Source: Alphaproteobacteria bacterium | Lineage (GTDB): Bacteria > Pseudomonadota > Alphaproteobacteria > UBA828 | NCBI GenBank assembly: GCA_965221125.1 | Contig: CBDCRW010000001.1 | Location: 8,972-72,971 of the forward strand | Reading direction: 5' to 3' | Length of the DNA stretch: 64,000 nt | In this document: positions 9,990 through 17,449 of the stretch, one piece after another | Layout of the letters: every line of letters begins with the position of its first letter | Numbering within the stretch: the stretch's first letter is position 1 | Notes under the pieces: generated by a model | Told to the model about the DNA's origin: nothing | The model's input: the letters and a program-made list of their open reading frames with translations, nothing else | Databases searched by the model: none | Translations under genes and position numbers: made by a program

Positions 9990-10501
9990 GGCGCGCCCTC
10001 GGTTTCGGCCGGCGGCGGCGCGGGCTTCAGCCCGTGGCGCATGGCGGAGGCGGCGAGGATGGCCTCGACGATGTGGCTGTAGCCGGTGCAGCGGCAGAGG
10101 TTGCCCACCAGCGCGCGGCGCACGTCCTCTTCGCTCGGGTTGATGTTCTCCTCCAGGAAGTCGACCGCGTTCATCAGGATCCCGCTCGTGCAGAAGCCGC
10201 ACTGCAGCGCGTGGTAGCGGCGGAACGTCTCCTGCAGGCGGTGCAGCTTGCCGCCCTGGGCGAGGCCCTCGACGGTGGTGATCTCCTTGCCGTCGGCCTG
10301 CACCGCGAGCTTCATGCATGATTTGTGGGCGCGGCCCTCGATCTGCACGGTGCAGGCGCCGCAGCGCCCTTCGTAGGAGCAGCCGATGTGCGTGCCGGTG
10401 AGGCCGCATTCGTCGCGGATGAAGTCGACGAGGAGGAGGCGGAGCGGCACGGTCCGCTCGTAGTCCTTGCCGTTGACGGTGACGCTGATCGTCTTCTGCA
10501 C
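9986..10501 (-). CDS. (2Fe-2S)-binding small subunit (CoxS-like, locus 1)
   Basis: Cys motifs are CSYEGRCGACTV, CGFCTSG and CRCTGY. The start is set at GTG 10501, preceded by GAGG (VQKTISVTVNGKDY...). Confidence 0.8.
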   Translation of the reverse strand: MQKTISVTVNGKDYERTVPLRLLLVDFIRDECGLTGTHIGCSYEGRCGACTVQIEGRAHKSCMKLAVQADGKEITTVEGLAQGGKLHRLQETFRRYHALQCGFCTSGILMNAVDFLEENINPSEEDVRRALVGNLCRCTGYSHIVEAILAASAMRHGLKPAPPPAETEGAP

Positions 10502-10505
10502 GGCC

Positions 10506-11387
10506 CTAGCCTCCCAGCGCGCGGGCGTGAGCCTCGGCCAGCACGTCGCGGCCAAGGGTGCGGATCAGCACCTTGCGGTAACGGGCGCTGGCGAGGTGGT
10601 CCGTCTGCGTCGGGGTCGCATCGGCCGCTGCGCTCGCCGCCTCGGCGAAGGCCGCGTCGGTGCCCGGCCGGCCGCGGAGCAGCTCACGCACGCCGTTGAA
10701 GCGCCGGGCGGTGGGCAGCACGCCGCCGACGCTGAAGCGGGCATCGGTGCAAATCCAGGCCTCGTCCACCTCGATCAAGGCGGCGATGCCGACGATCGGC
10801 AGTCCGTCCACCGTCGCACCGATTTTTTGGTAGGCGCTGCCGACTCCCTGGTGCTTCGACGACGGAAAATTGATCTCGATCAGCAGCTCGTCGTCCCTGA
10901 GCGCGGTCTCCAGCGGCCCGAGCAGGAATTCGTCGATGGGGACCACGCGCTCGCCACCGGCCAGCGAGGCAAGCACCAGCGTCGCATCGAGGCAGAGGCA
11001 GGCGTTCGGCATGCAGGAGGCGGCATCGTTCCAGCACAGGCTGCCGCCGATGGTGCCGGCGTTGCGCACCTGCCGGTCGCCCACGGTCGCCGCCGCGTCG
11101 CCCAGCGCCTGGAGGGCGCCGCGCAGGGCCGACGTCCCGGCCAGCTCGCGGTAGCGGGTGAGGGGGCGCAAAGTCACGCCGCGCGGGCCTCTGGCGAGCC
11201 CGCTCAGCTCCTCCACCTCGTTCAGGTCGATCAGCGCGCGGGGCGCCATCAGGCGCGCCTTCATCGCCTGCATCAGGCTCATGCCGCCGGCAATGAACGC
11301 CGCGTCGCCGCTCGCCTCGGCGCGGTGCTGCAGCGCCTCCTCGATGGTCCTGGGCGCGAAATAGGCCTCGATCGGCGCCGGATACAT
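10506..11387 (-). CDS. FAD-binding medium subunit (CoxM-like, locus 1)
   Basis: MYPAPIEAYFAPRTIEEAL...AFIAGGMSLMQAMK matches the molybdopterin-dehydrogenase FAD-binding domain pattern. The gene order is M-S-L. Confidence 0.8.
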   Translation of the reverse strand: MYPAPIEAYFAPRTIEEALQHRAEASGDAAFIAGGMSLMQAMKARLMAPRALIDLNEVEELSGLARGPRGVTLRPLTRYRELAGTSALRGALQALGDAAATVGDRQVRNAGTIGGSLCWNDAASCMPNACLCLDATLVLASLAGGERVVPIDEFLLGPLETALRDDELLIEINFPSSKHQGVGSAYQKIGATVDGLPIVGIAALIEVDEAWICTDARFSVGGVLPTARRFNGVRELLRGRPGTDAAFAEAASAAADATPTQTDHLASARYRKVLIRTLGRDVLAEAHARALGG

Positions 11388-11535
11388 GGTGCGCTCAGCC
11401 TATGCCGAATCCCGCGCGTCCGAAACGGCCCGGTGCAGCGCGCCCGTCAGGGTCGGCCGCGTTGCCCATTTGCGAACCGTCCCGGAGCCGGGCAGAATCG
11501 CGCCCGATCCGAATTCAAGAGGGAGGAAGACGACC

Positions 11536-12900
11536 ATGATCATCAAACGGCGCGGAACACGCAGAGAGGAAGGCGCACGCAAGCGGTTCCTCGAAAGCCG
11601 GCGGAACTTCATGAAGGGCGTGGGCCTCACCGGCTTCGGCGCCGCCGCCATGTCGAGCGGCCTGCTCGCCGACATCAACGACGGGGCCCGTGCCGAGGGC
11701 GACCCGATTCCGGTCGGCGGCTGCGTGCCGCTCACCGGCTGGGCCGCCGCCGACGGCCTCTCGTTCAAGAGCGGGCTCGAGCTCGCCTGCGAGGAAATCA
11801 ACATGATGGGCGGTATCCTCGGCCGGCCGCTCGCGCCCGTCTTCGAGGACAGCAAGGAGCAGGGCGCCGACAACATCATCCCGGCGATGCAGCGGCTGCT
11901 CGACCGCCATGAGGTCCACGCGATCATCAACGGCTACAACACCGGCGCTGTCACGGCGGAGTACGACACCATCGCCGATGCGGGCGTGCCCTACATCCAC
12001 CACAACACCGACATCGTGCATCACGAGACGGTGGGCAACGATCCCGAGACCTACTACAGCATCTTCATGGCCGACCCCGCCGAGTACTGGTACGGCGAGG
12101 GCTTCATGAAGTTCATCAGCGACCTCAACGACACCGGCAAGTGGCAAGCGCCCAACCGCAAGGTCGCCATCGTCACCGGCTCGCAGAACTACAGCGTGGT
12201 CATCGCCAACGCGATGCGCGATTCGGCCGCAAAGTACGGCTGGGAGATCAGCCTGTACGAGACCGTGGTGGTGCCGATCTCCGAGTGGGGGCCGACGCTG
12301 CAGAAGATCCGCAACGACCCGCCGGCGGCCATCGCGATCACCCACTGGGTTCCGCAGGATCTCGCGCAGTTCATGATGCAGTTCGTGCCCAACCCGACGC
12401 CAAGCCTGGTCTACATGCAGTACGGCCCGCTGCTCGCGGCCTTCCGGGAGATCGGCAAGGAGGCCACCAACGGCGTGCTCTTCGCCACCGTGGTCGGCGC
12501 GTTGCAGGACGATCTCGGCCAGGAGTATTTCAAGCGCTTCAACGCGGCGTTCGGCGAGAGCGCGAGCCCGCTCACCGGCTCCCAGCCCTACGATTCGTGC
12601 CACTACTGGGCGATCGCGTCGGCCCTCGCCGGCGGCACCGGCGCGCCCGGCGAGTTCGAGCAGAACGAGAAGGTCTGCGAGCGCATCCGCCGCATGATCT
12701 ATCGCGGCGTGCAGGGGGCGACCGCGTGGGTGCTGCCCTACCAGGCGGCGCGGACGTATCCGACCGAGACACCGGACCCCTCGCTCGGCATGCCGCACCA
12801 GTTCCTCCAGGTTCAGAACCACCTGGAGCAGGGCAAGCTGATCGCGCCGTCGCCCTACGAGACGGCGCAGTTCCAGTTGCCGCCGTGGATTGAAGCCTAA
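11536..12900 (+). CDS. HAAT-family (Leu/Ile/Val/amide/urea-type) ABC substrate-binding protein with Tat signal
   Basis: ATG 11536 is preceded by GGGAGGAAG. The twin-arginine motif SRRNFMKGV is followed by a hydrophobic stretch GLTGFGAAAMSSGLLA. The mature part fits a type I periplasmic binding fold (VPLTGWAAADG..., AIINGYNTG). Confidence 0.75.
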   Translation: MIIKRRGTRREEGARKRFLESRRNFMKGVGLTGFGAAAMSSGLLADINDGARAEGDPIPVGGCVPLTGWAAADGLSFKSGLELACEEINMMGGILGRPLAPVFEDSKEQGADNIIPAMQRLLDRHEVHAIINGYNTGAVTAEYDTIADAGVPYIHHNTDIVHHETVGNDPETYYSIFMADPAEYWYGEGFMKFISDLNDTGKWQAPNRKVAIVTGSQNYSVVIANAMRDSAAKYGWEISLYETVVVPISEWGPTLQKIRNDPPAAIAITHWVPQDLAQFMMQFVPNPTPSLVYMQYGPLLAAFREIGKEATNGVLFATVVGALQDDLGQEYFKRFNAAFGESASPLTGSQPYDSCHYWAIASALAGGTGAPGEFEQNEKVCERIRRMIYRGVQGATAWVLPYQAARTYPTETPDPSLGMPHQFLQVQNHLEQGKLIAPSPYETAQFQLPPWIEA

Positions 12901-12908
12901 GTCCCGTC

Positions 12909-13733
12909 ATGGAGCGAACGGCGACGGAGGCCTTGCTCTCCTGCCAGGGCGTCGACAAGTACTTCGGCGCCCTGGCCGCCGTTCGCGACATGACCTTCGA
13001 CGTCTTTCCCGGCGAGGCGCTCGGGATCGGCGGCCCCAACGGCGCCGGCAAGACGACGCTCTTCGACGTCATCTCGGGCCTCAACCCGGCGACCGCCGGC
13101 AGCATCACCTTCGACGGCAAGGTGATCACGCGGGCCACGCCCGACCGCACCTGCCAGCTCGGCATGGCGCGCACCTTTCAGCTCAACGCCGGCTTCGACA
13201 CGCTGACGGCGCGCGAGAACACGATGATCGCGGCCTACTTCGGCCGCCACAATCGGCTCATTCCGGGGCTGCGCTTCGACCGTGAAACCCAGAAGCTCGC
13301 CGATGAGGCGATGGACTTCGTGGGCCTCGAAGAGGTCGCGCACGAGCCGGTGCAGACGCTCCCCACATACTACCGCAAGCTCCTGATGGTGGCGGGCGCG
13401 CTCGCGACCCAGCCGAAGATGCTGCTGATGGACGAGCCGGTCGGCGGCCTCAACCCGCAGGAGATCGACGAGGTGATGGCCCTCGTCCGCCGGCTCAAGG
13501 AGCGCGGGCTCACCATCATGCTCATCGAGCACGTGATGCGCTTCCTGGTGCGGCTCTCGGACCGGGTGCTCATCATGCACCACGGCGAGAAGATTTTTGA
13601 GGGCTCGGCGACGGGCCTGGTTCACGACAAGACCGTGGTCGACGTCTACCTGGGCGAGGGCTCGTCGCGCCGCCTGCAGCACATGCTGGAGGACCAGCCC
13701 ACGCCCGGCGAGGGCGCCGCGAGCCCGCCATGA
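12909..13733 (+). CDS. ABC transporter ATP-binding protein (LivG-like)
   Basis: It has Walker A GPNGAGKTT and Walker B LLLMDEP. Its stop overlaps the next gene's start (ATGA). Confidence 0.85.
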   Translation: MERTATEALLSCQGVDKYFGALAAVRDMTFDVFPGEALGIGGPNGAGKTTLFDVISGLNPATAGSITFDGKVITRATPDRTCQLGMARTFQLNAGFDTLTARENTMIAAYFGRHNRLIPGLRFDRETQKLADEAMDFVGLEEVAHEPVQTLPTYYRKLLMVAGALATQPKMLLMDEPVGGLNPQEIDEVMALVRRLKERGLTIMLIEHVMRFLVRLSDRVLIMHHGEKIFEGSATGLVHDKTVVDVYLGEGSSRRLQHMLEDQPTPGEGAASPP

Positions 13734-14446
13734 GCGAGCCGCTCCTGGAGGTCGATTCGCTCGACGCCGGCTATCACGGCCAGCGGGTCCTGCGGGACGT
13801 CTCGTTCGCCGTGCCGGACGGCGGCCTCATCACCATCATCGGACCCAACGGCCACGGCAAGACGACGCTGCTGCGCGCGGTCTCCGGCCTGATCCACCCC
13901 ATGGCCGGCGAGATCCGCTTCGCCGGCAAGGCGATCGGCGGCGCGCGCGTGGACCGCATCGTGGCGCTCGGCATCGTCCACATCCCGCAGGGCGACATGA
14001 TCTTCTCGGAGATGACGGTGCGCGACAATCTGCTCATGGGCGCCTACCTGCCGGGGCCCTACCGCGTGCTCGATGCGAGCCTGAAGGAGGTCTACGCGCT
14101 GCTGCCCCGGCTCGAGGAGCGGGAAAGCCAGATCGCGTCGACGCTCTCCGGCGGCGAGCGGCGGATGCTCGCGATCGGCCGCGGCATGATGACCGGCGGG
14201 CGCATCCTCCTGATCGACGAGCCCTCGCTCGGCCTCGCCCCCATCGCCATCGACACCATCTACGGCCTGATCGGCGCGCTCAAGGAGGCGGGCCGGACGA
14301 TCCTGCTGGTGGAAGAGAACGCGAGCCGCGTCGCCGACCTCGCGGACCGCATCTACCTGCTCGACCACGGCGAGTTCGTCTGGCAGGGCACCGCCGCCGA
14401 GCTCGACCGGCACGACGAGATCGTCGAGACCTATCTCGGCGGCTGA
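13730..14446 (+). CDS. ABC transporter ATP-binding protein (LivF-like)
   Basis: It has Walker A GPNGHGKTT, the signature LSGGERRML and Walker B ILLIDEPS. Confidence 0.85.
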   Translation: MSEPLLEVDSLDAGYHGQRVLRDVSFAVPDGGLITIIGPNGHGKTTLLRAVSGLIHPMAGEIRFAGKAIGGARVDRIVALGIVHIPQGDMIFSEMTVRDNLLMGAYLPGPYRVLDASLKEVYALLPRLEERESQIASTLSGGERRMLAIGRGMMTGGRILLIDEPSLGLAPIAIDTIYGLIGALKEAGRTILLVEENASRVADLADRIYLLDHGEFVWQGTAAELDRHDEIVETYLGG

Positions 14447-14455
14447 GGCAGCGCG

Positions 14456-15334
14456 GTGGATACAGTCGTCCAGATCATCGTCAGCGGCCTCACGCTGGGC
14501 GCGATGTATGCCGCGAGCGCCATCGGCCTCTCGCTCGTCTGGGGGGCGATGGGCGTGCTCAACATGGCGCACGGCGCGCTGCTCACCATCGGCGGCTATG
14601 CCTCCTATTCCGCGGTGCTCCAGCTGGGGCTGCCCTGGTATCTCGGCCTGCCGGCGGCGATGGTCGTGAGCTTCGTGGTGGGCCTCGCCATCTACCACAT
14701 CATCTTCCGCTTCATGTACCGCCACCCGGCGTTCGAGACCAACGTCATCATCGCCACCGTGGGCCTCGCCATCTTCCTCGAGCAGGTGACGCTGCTCATC
14801 TACGGCGCCTATCCCTTCCCGCAGCCCTTCTCCATCGAGGAGGGCTTCTACGTCTCCAGCGTCTTCGTCCGCTTCCAGAACGTGCTGATCCTGATTCTCG
14901 CGGTGGTGACGATGCTGCTGGTGGCCGCGCTGCTCTCGCGCACGCGCATGGGCCGCGCCATCCGGGCTACGGCGCTCAACCGCGAGGCGGCGCAGCTCAT
15001 GGGGGTGAACGTCGGGCGCGTCTTCGCCCAGGTGATGGGGATTGCGGGCGTCGTGGCCGCGGTCTCCGGCGTCATGCTGAGCTCGATCACGACGCTCGCG
15101 CCGACCATGGGCTACGATCCCATGCTGAAGGCCTTCATCATCTGCGTGATCGCCGGGCTCGGCAACGTGCCGGGCGCGCTCATCGCGGCCTTCGTCCTCG
15201 GCCTGTTCGAGGCGGTGGTGCAGTTCGCCGTCGGCGTCCGCTTCGGCTTTCCGGCCCTGTTGGCGCTGGTCATCGTCGCTCTCATCTGGCGCCCCTACGG
15301 CGTGTTCGGTCGCCGCCAGGTGCGCCGCGTCTGA
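14456..15334 (+). CDS. branched-chain amino acid-type ABC permease (LivH-like)
   Basis: GTG start. The product is a polytopic hydrophobic protein beginning IVSGLTLGAMYAASAIGLSLVWG, the typical LivH N-terminus. Confidence 0.8.
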   Translation: MDTVVQIIVSGLTLGAMYAASAIGLSLVWGAMGVLNMAHGALLTIGGYASYSAVLQLGLPWYLGLPAAMVVSFVVGLAIYHIIFRFMYRHPAFETNVIIATVGLAIFLEQVTLLIYGAYPFPQPFSIEEGFYVSSVFVRFQNVLILILAVVTMLLVAALLSRTRMGRAIRATALNREAAQLMGVNVGRVFAQVMGIAGVVAAVSGVMLSSITTLAPTMGYDPMLKAFIICVIAGLGNVPGALIAAFVLGLFEAVVQFAVGVRFGFPALLALVIVALIWRPYGVFGRRQVRRV

Positions 15335-16398
15335 TGTTCGAGACCGGCCCCAACTGGCGGCGGGATGTCGCCTTCGGCGCGATCCTGGTCGCGGTGATGA
15401 TCGCGATCCCCTTCCTCGGGCCATCGCGCTATCTGATCGGGCAGCTCACGCTCTTCTTCCTCTGGGCGACCGTGGTCTCGCAGTGGAACCTGGTGTTCGG
15501 CGTCGGCGGCATCTTCTCGCTGGCGCAGATGGCGATCTTCGCCTTTGGCGGCTTCGCCACGGGCATGATGGGGCTCTATCTCGGCATCTCGCTGTGGATC
15601 GCGCTGCCGCTCGCCGGCATCGGCTCGATCCTGTTCAGCCTGCTGATTGGCCTCGCGTGCCTCAGGCTCCGGGGCCCCTACGTGGCGCTGCTGACGCTCG
15701 CCATCGCGCAGGTGATGTACTTGCTCATCATTACGGACACCGCCTGCTTCTACATGGAGGGTGTAACCTGCCGAAACTTCACCGGCGGCACGCGGGGGCT
15801 GTCCAAGTTCGGCGACTTCGGCTTCCGCGAGATGCTGGGCCGGCGCGAGTACCTGAAGGGCGACTACTACCTCTCGCTCTTCCTGCTCTCGCTGGCGCTG
15901 GTCTTCTCGTTCGTCATCATCCGCAGCCCTTTGGGTTTCGCCTTCCGCGCGCTCCGCGACAACCCGGAGTACGGTATCTCCCGCGGGCTCAACCGCTTCA
16001 AGTACCAGCTTCTCGTGTTCGCCATGTCGGCCTTCTTCACCGGGCTGGCCGGCGGCGTCTTCGCCGGGCACTTCCGGGTCATCGGCGCCAACGTCCTGTC
16101 GCTTCCCCTCCTTCTCTTCCTGATCTCGATGATGGTGGTCGGCGGGCTCGGACGCGCCTGGGGGCCGATCCTGGGCGCCGCGCTCGTCATGCTGGCGGAC
16201 GAGGGGATGAAGGACTTCGTCGAGATCAGGAACATGGGCTACGGTGCGCTCATCGTCGCCATCGTCGTGCTCCTGCCGCAAGGGGCCGCAGGCGGGCTGG
16301 AGCAGGTCTGGGGCTGGATCCTTCGCAGCCTGCGCCGATTGCGAGGCGCGCCCGGCCCGCCGGCAGCCGGCCGCGCCGGCGGCGGACGGCGCGAATGA
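15334..16398 (+). CDS. branched-chain amino acid-type ABC permease (LivM-like)
   Basis: Only the last 1065 nt of track ORF 13597..16398 are real. ATG 15334 overlaps the LivH-like stop (TGATG). The product is hydrophobic and carries QWNLVFGVGGIFSLAQMAIFAFGGF. Confidence 0.8.
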   Translation: MFETGPNWRRDVAFGAILVAVMIAIPFLGPSRYLIGQLTLFFLWATVVSQWNLVFGVGGIFSLAQMAIFAFGGFATGMMGLYLGISLWIALPLAGIGSILFSLLIGLACLRLRGPYVALLTLAIAQVMYLLIITDTACFYMEGVTCRNFTGGTRGLSKFGDFGFREMLGRREYLKGDYYLSLFLLSLALVFSFVIIRSPLGFAFRALRDNPEYGISRGLNRFKYQLLVFAMSAFFTGLAGGVFAGHFRVIGANVLSLPLLLFLISMMVVGGLGRAWGPILGAALVMLADEGMKDFVEIRNMGYGALIVAIVVLLPQGAAGGLEQVWGWILRSLRRLRGAPGPPAAGRAGGGRRE

Positions 16399-16450
16399 CG
16401 GCAGGCCGGGTTGCGCGGCTCGCCGGCGGCTGACCGGCCTTCACCGTCAC

Positions 16451-17449
16451 TCATTCACCTCCCCTGATCGCCGGGCGCCGGGCCTTGTTCCGGGCGAGCT
16501 TGTCCCAAGCGAGCTTGTCCCGGGCGAGGTGGCGGAACAGCTCCGCCTCGCGCTGTTGGAGCAGCGCCGCGCCGTCGCGCGCGCTCCAGTCATAGACGCC
16601 CCGGCCCGAGGGCAGGCCGCGATGGCCCGCATCGACCAGCGCGGTCACCGCCGAAGCGGGCTGGGAGCCCGTCTTCAAGTGCGGGATCAGGTACGCGCCG
16701 AAGGCGTGCAGCGTATCGAGGCCGCCCACGTCGGCCGACTCGATGGGCCCGGTGATGGCGAGACGCCGCCCGAGGGACGCCTTGACCACCGTGTCGATCG
16801 CCTCGGCCGACGCGGCTCCCTCCGCCCAGAGCGCCCAGGCCTCGCGCAGGATCGCGTACTGCAGCCGGTTGCCGATGAAGCCCGGCACCTCCTTATCGAC
16901 GATCACCGGCTCCTTCCCCGCTGCGCGCAGCACGTCGCAGAGCCAGGGCGCCACGTCCGGGTCGGTCTCCGGCCCGGCGCAGACCTCGACGAGGGGGATG
17001 AGCTGCGGCGGGTACCAGAAGTGCGCGGCGACCACACGCCCGCGGTGCGTGACGTTCGACACCAGCTCGCTCGCGGGCTGCCCGCTGCCCGAGGCGAAGA
17101 CGGCGGGCGGCGCGCAGATCGCGTCGAGCCGCCCGTAGACCTCGTCCTGCACGGCCCGGTCGGCCGGAACCGCCTCGAGGACGAGCTGCGCCTCCGCCGC
17201 GTCCTCGAGATCGGTCGAGGTGCGGATGCGGCCGAGCGCAGCGCCCGCCTCGGCTGCCGTGACGAGCCCGTGCGCCTCGAAGGCGGCGAGGCTCTTCGCG
17301 ATCTTCTCCATCGCCGCGGCGAGGCTCTCGTCGCGCCGGCCGATCATGACGACGCGGTGGCCCGCAGTCGCGACTATCTGGGCCATGCCGTGGCCGATGA
17401 GGCCGTTGCCCACGACGGCAACGGTGTCGAGCGTTGCAGGGACGGTCAT
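16451..17449 (-). CDS. 3-hydroxyacyl-CoA dehydrogenase family protein
   Basis: Track ORF trimmed to ATG 17449, preceded by AGGAGAGG. It has VAVVGNGLIGHGMA (NAD fold), PGFIGNRLQ and GRGVYDW motifs. The start overlaps the stop of the upstream 1238-aa gene (ATGA). Confidence 0.8.
   Translation of the reverse strand: MTVPATLDTVAVVGNGLIGHGMAQIVATAGHRVVMIGRRDESLAAAMEKIAKSLAAFEAHGLVTAAEAGAALGRIRTSTDLEDAAEAQLVLEAVPADRAVQDEVYGRLDAICAPPAVFASGSGQPASELVSNVTHRGRVVAAHFWYPPQLIPLVEVCAGPETDPDVAPWLCDVLRAAGKEPVIVDKEVPGFIGNRLQYAILREAWALWAEGAASAEAIDTVVKASLGRRLAITGPIESADVGGLDTLHAFGAYLIPHLKTGSQPASAVTALVDAGHRGLPSGRGVYDWSARDGAALLQQREAELFRHLARDKLAWDKLARNKARRPAIRGGE

Noticed and set aside
7755-10082. Very long ORFs antisense to real genes. 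Examples are 7755..10082(+), 18130..21240(+), 25630..27876(+), 25766..28492(-), 34158..37259(+), 13646..15424(-), 55345..57555(-) and 59899..62328(+).
   Set aside because: Their translations are Arg/Ala/Gly/Pro-rich low-complexity strings with no recognisable motifs. The opposite strand encodes clear protein families. This is the usual stop-codon depletion of high-GC DNA.
11388-11535. A possible sigma-54 promoter (GG-N10-GC) in the CoxM/SBP divergent intergenic region, around the TTGC motifs.
   Set aside because: The spacing between candidate GG and TTGC elements does not fit the -24/-12 consensus when counted base by base.
13597-16398. Track ORFs with long N-terminal extensions: 13597..16398, 16451..18172, 29648..32041, 38567..41209, 38852..41482, 41668..44082 and 7578..10409.
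   Set aside because: Only the distal part matches a protein family and has a start codon with a Shine-Dalgarno sequence. The extensions run through neighbouring genes in other frames. Starts were reassigned as listed in the features.
16494-16521. A 15-bp tandem duplication (GCGAGCTTGTCCC twice) in the 3' end of the HADH gene, giving DKLAWDKLAR.
   Set aside because: It is a small in-frame duplication in a non-conserved C-terminal tail, with no sign of functional significance.
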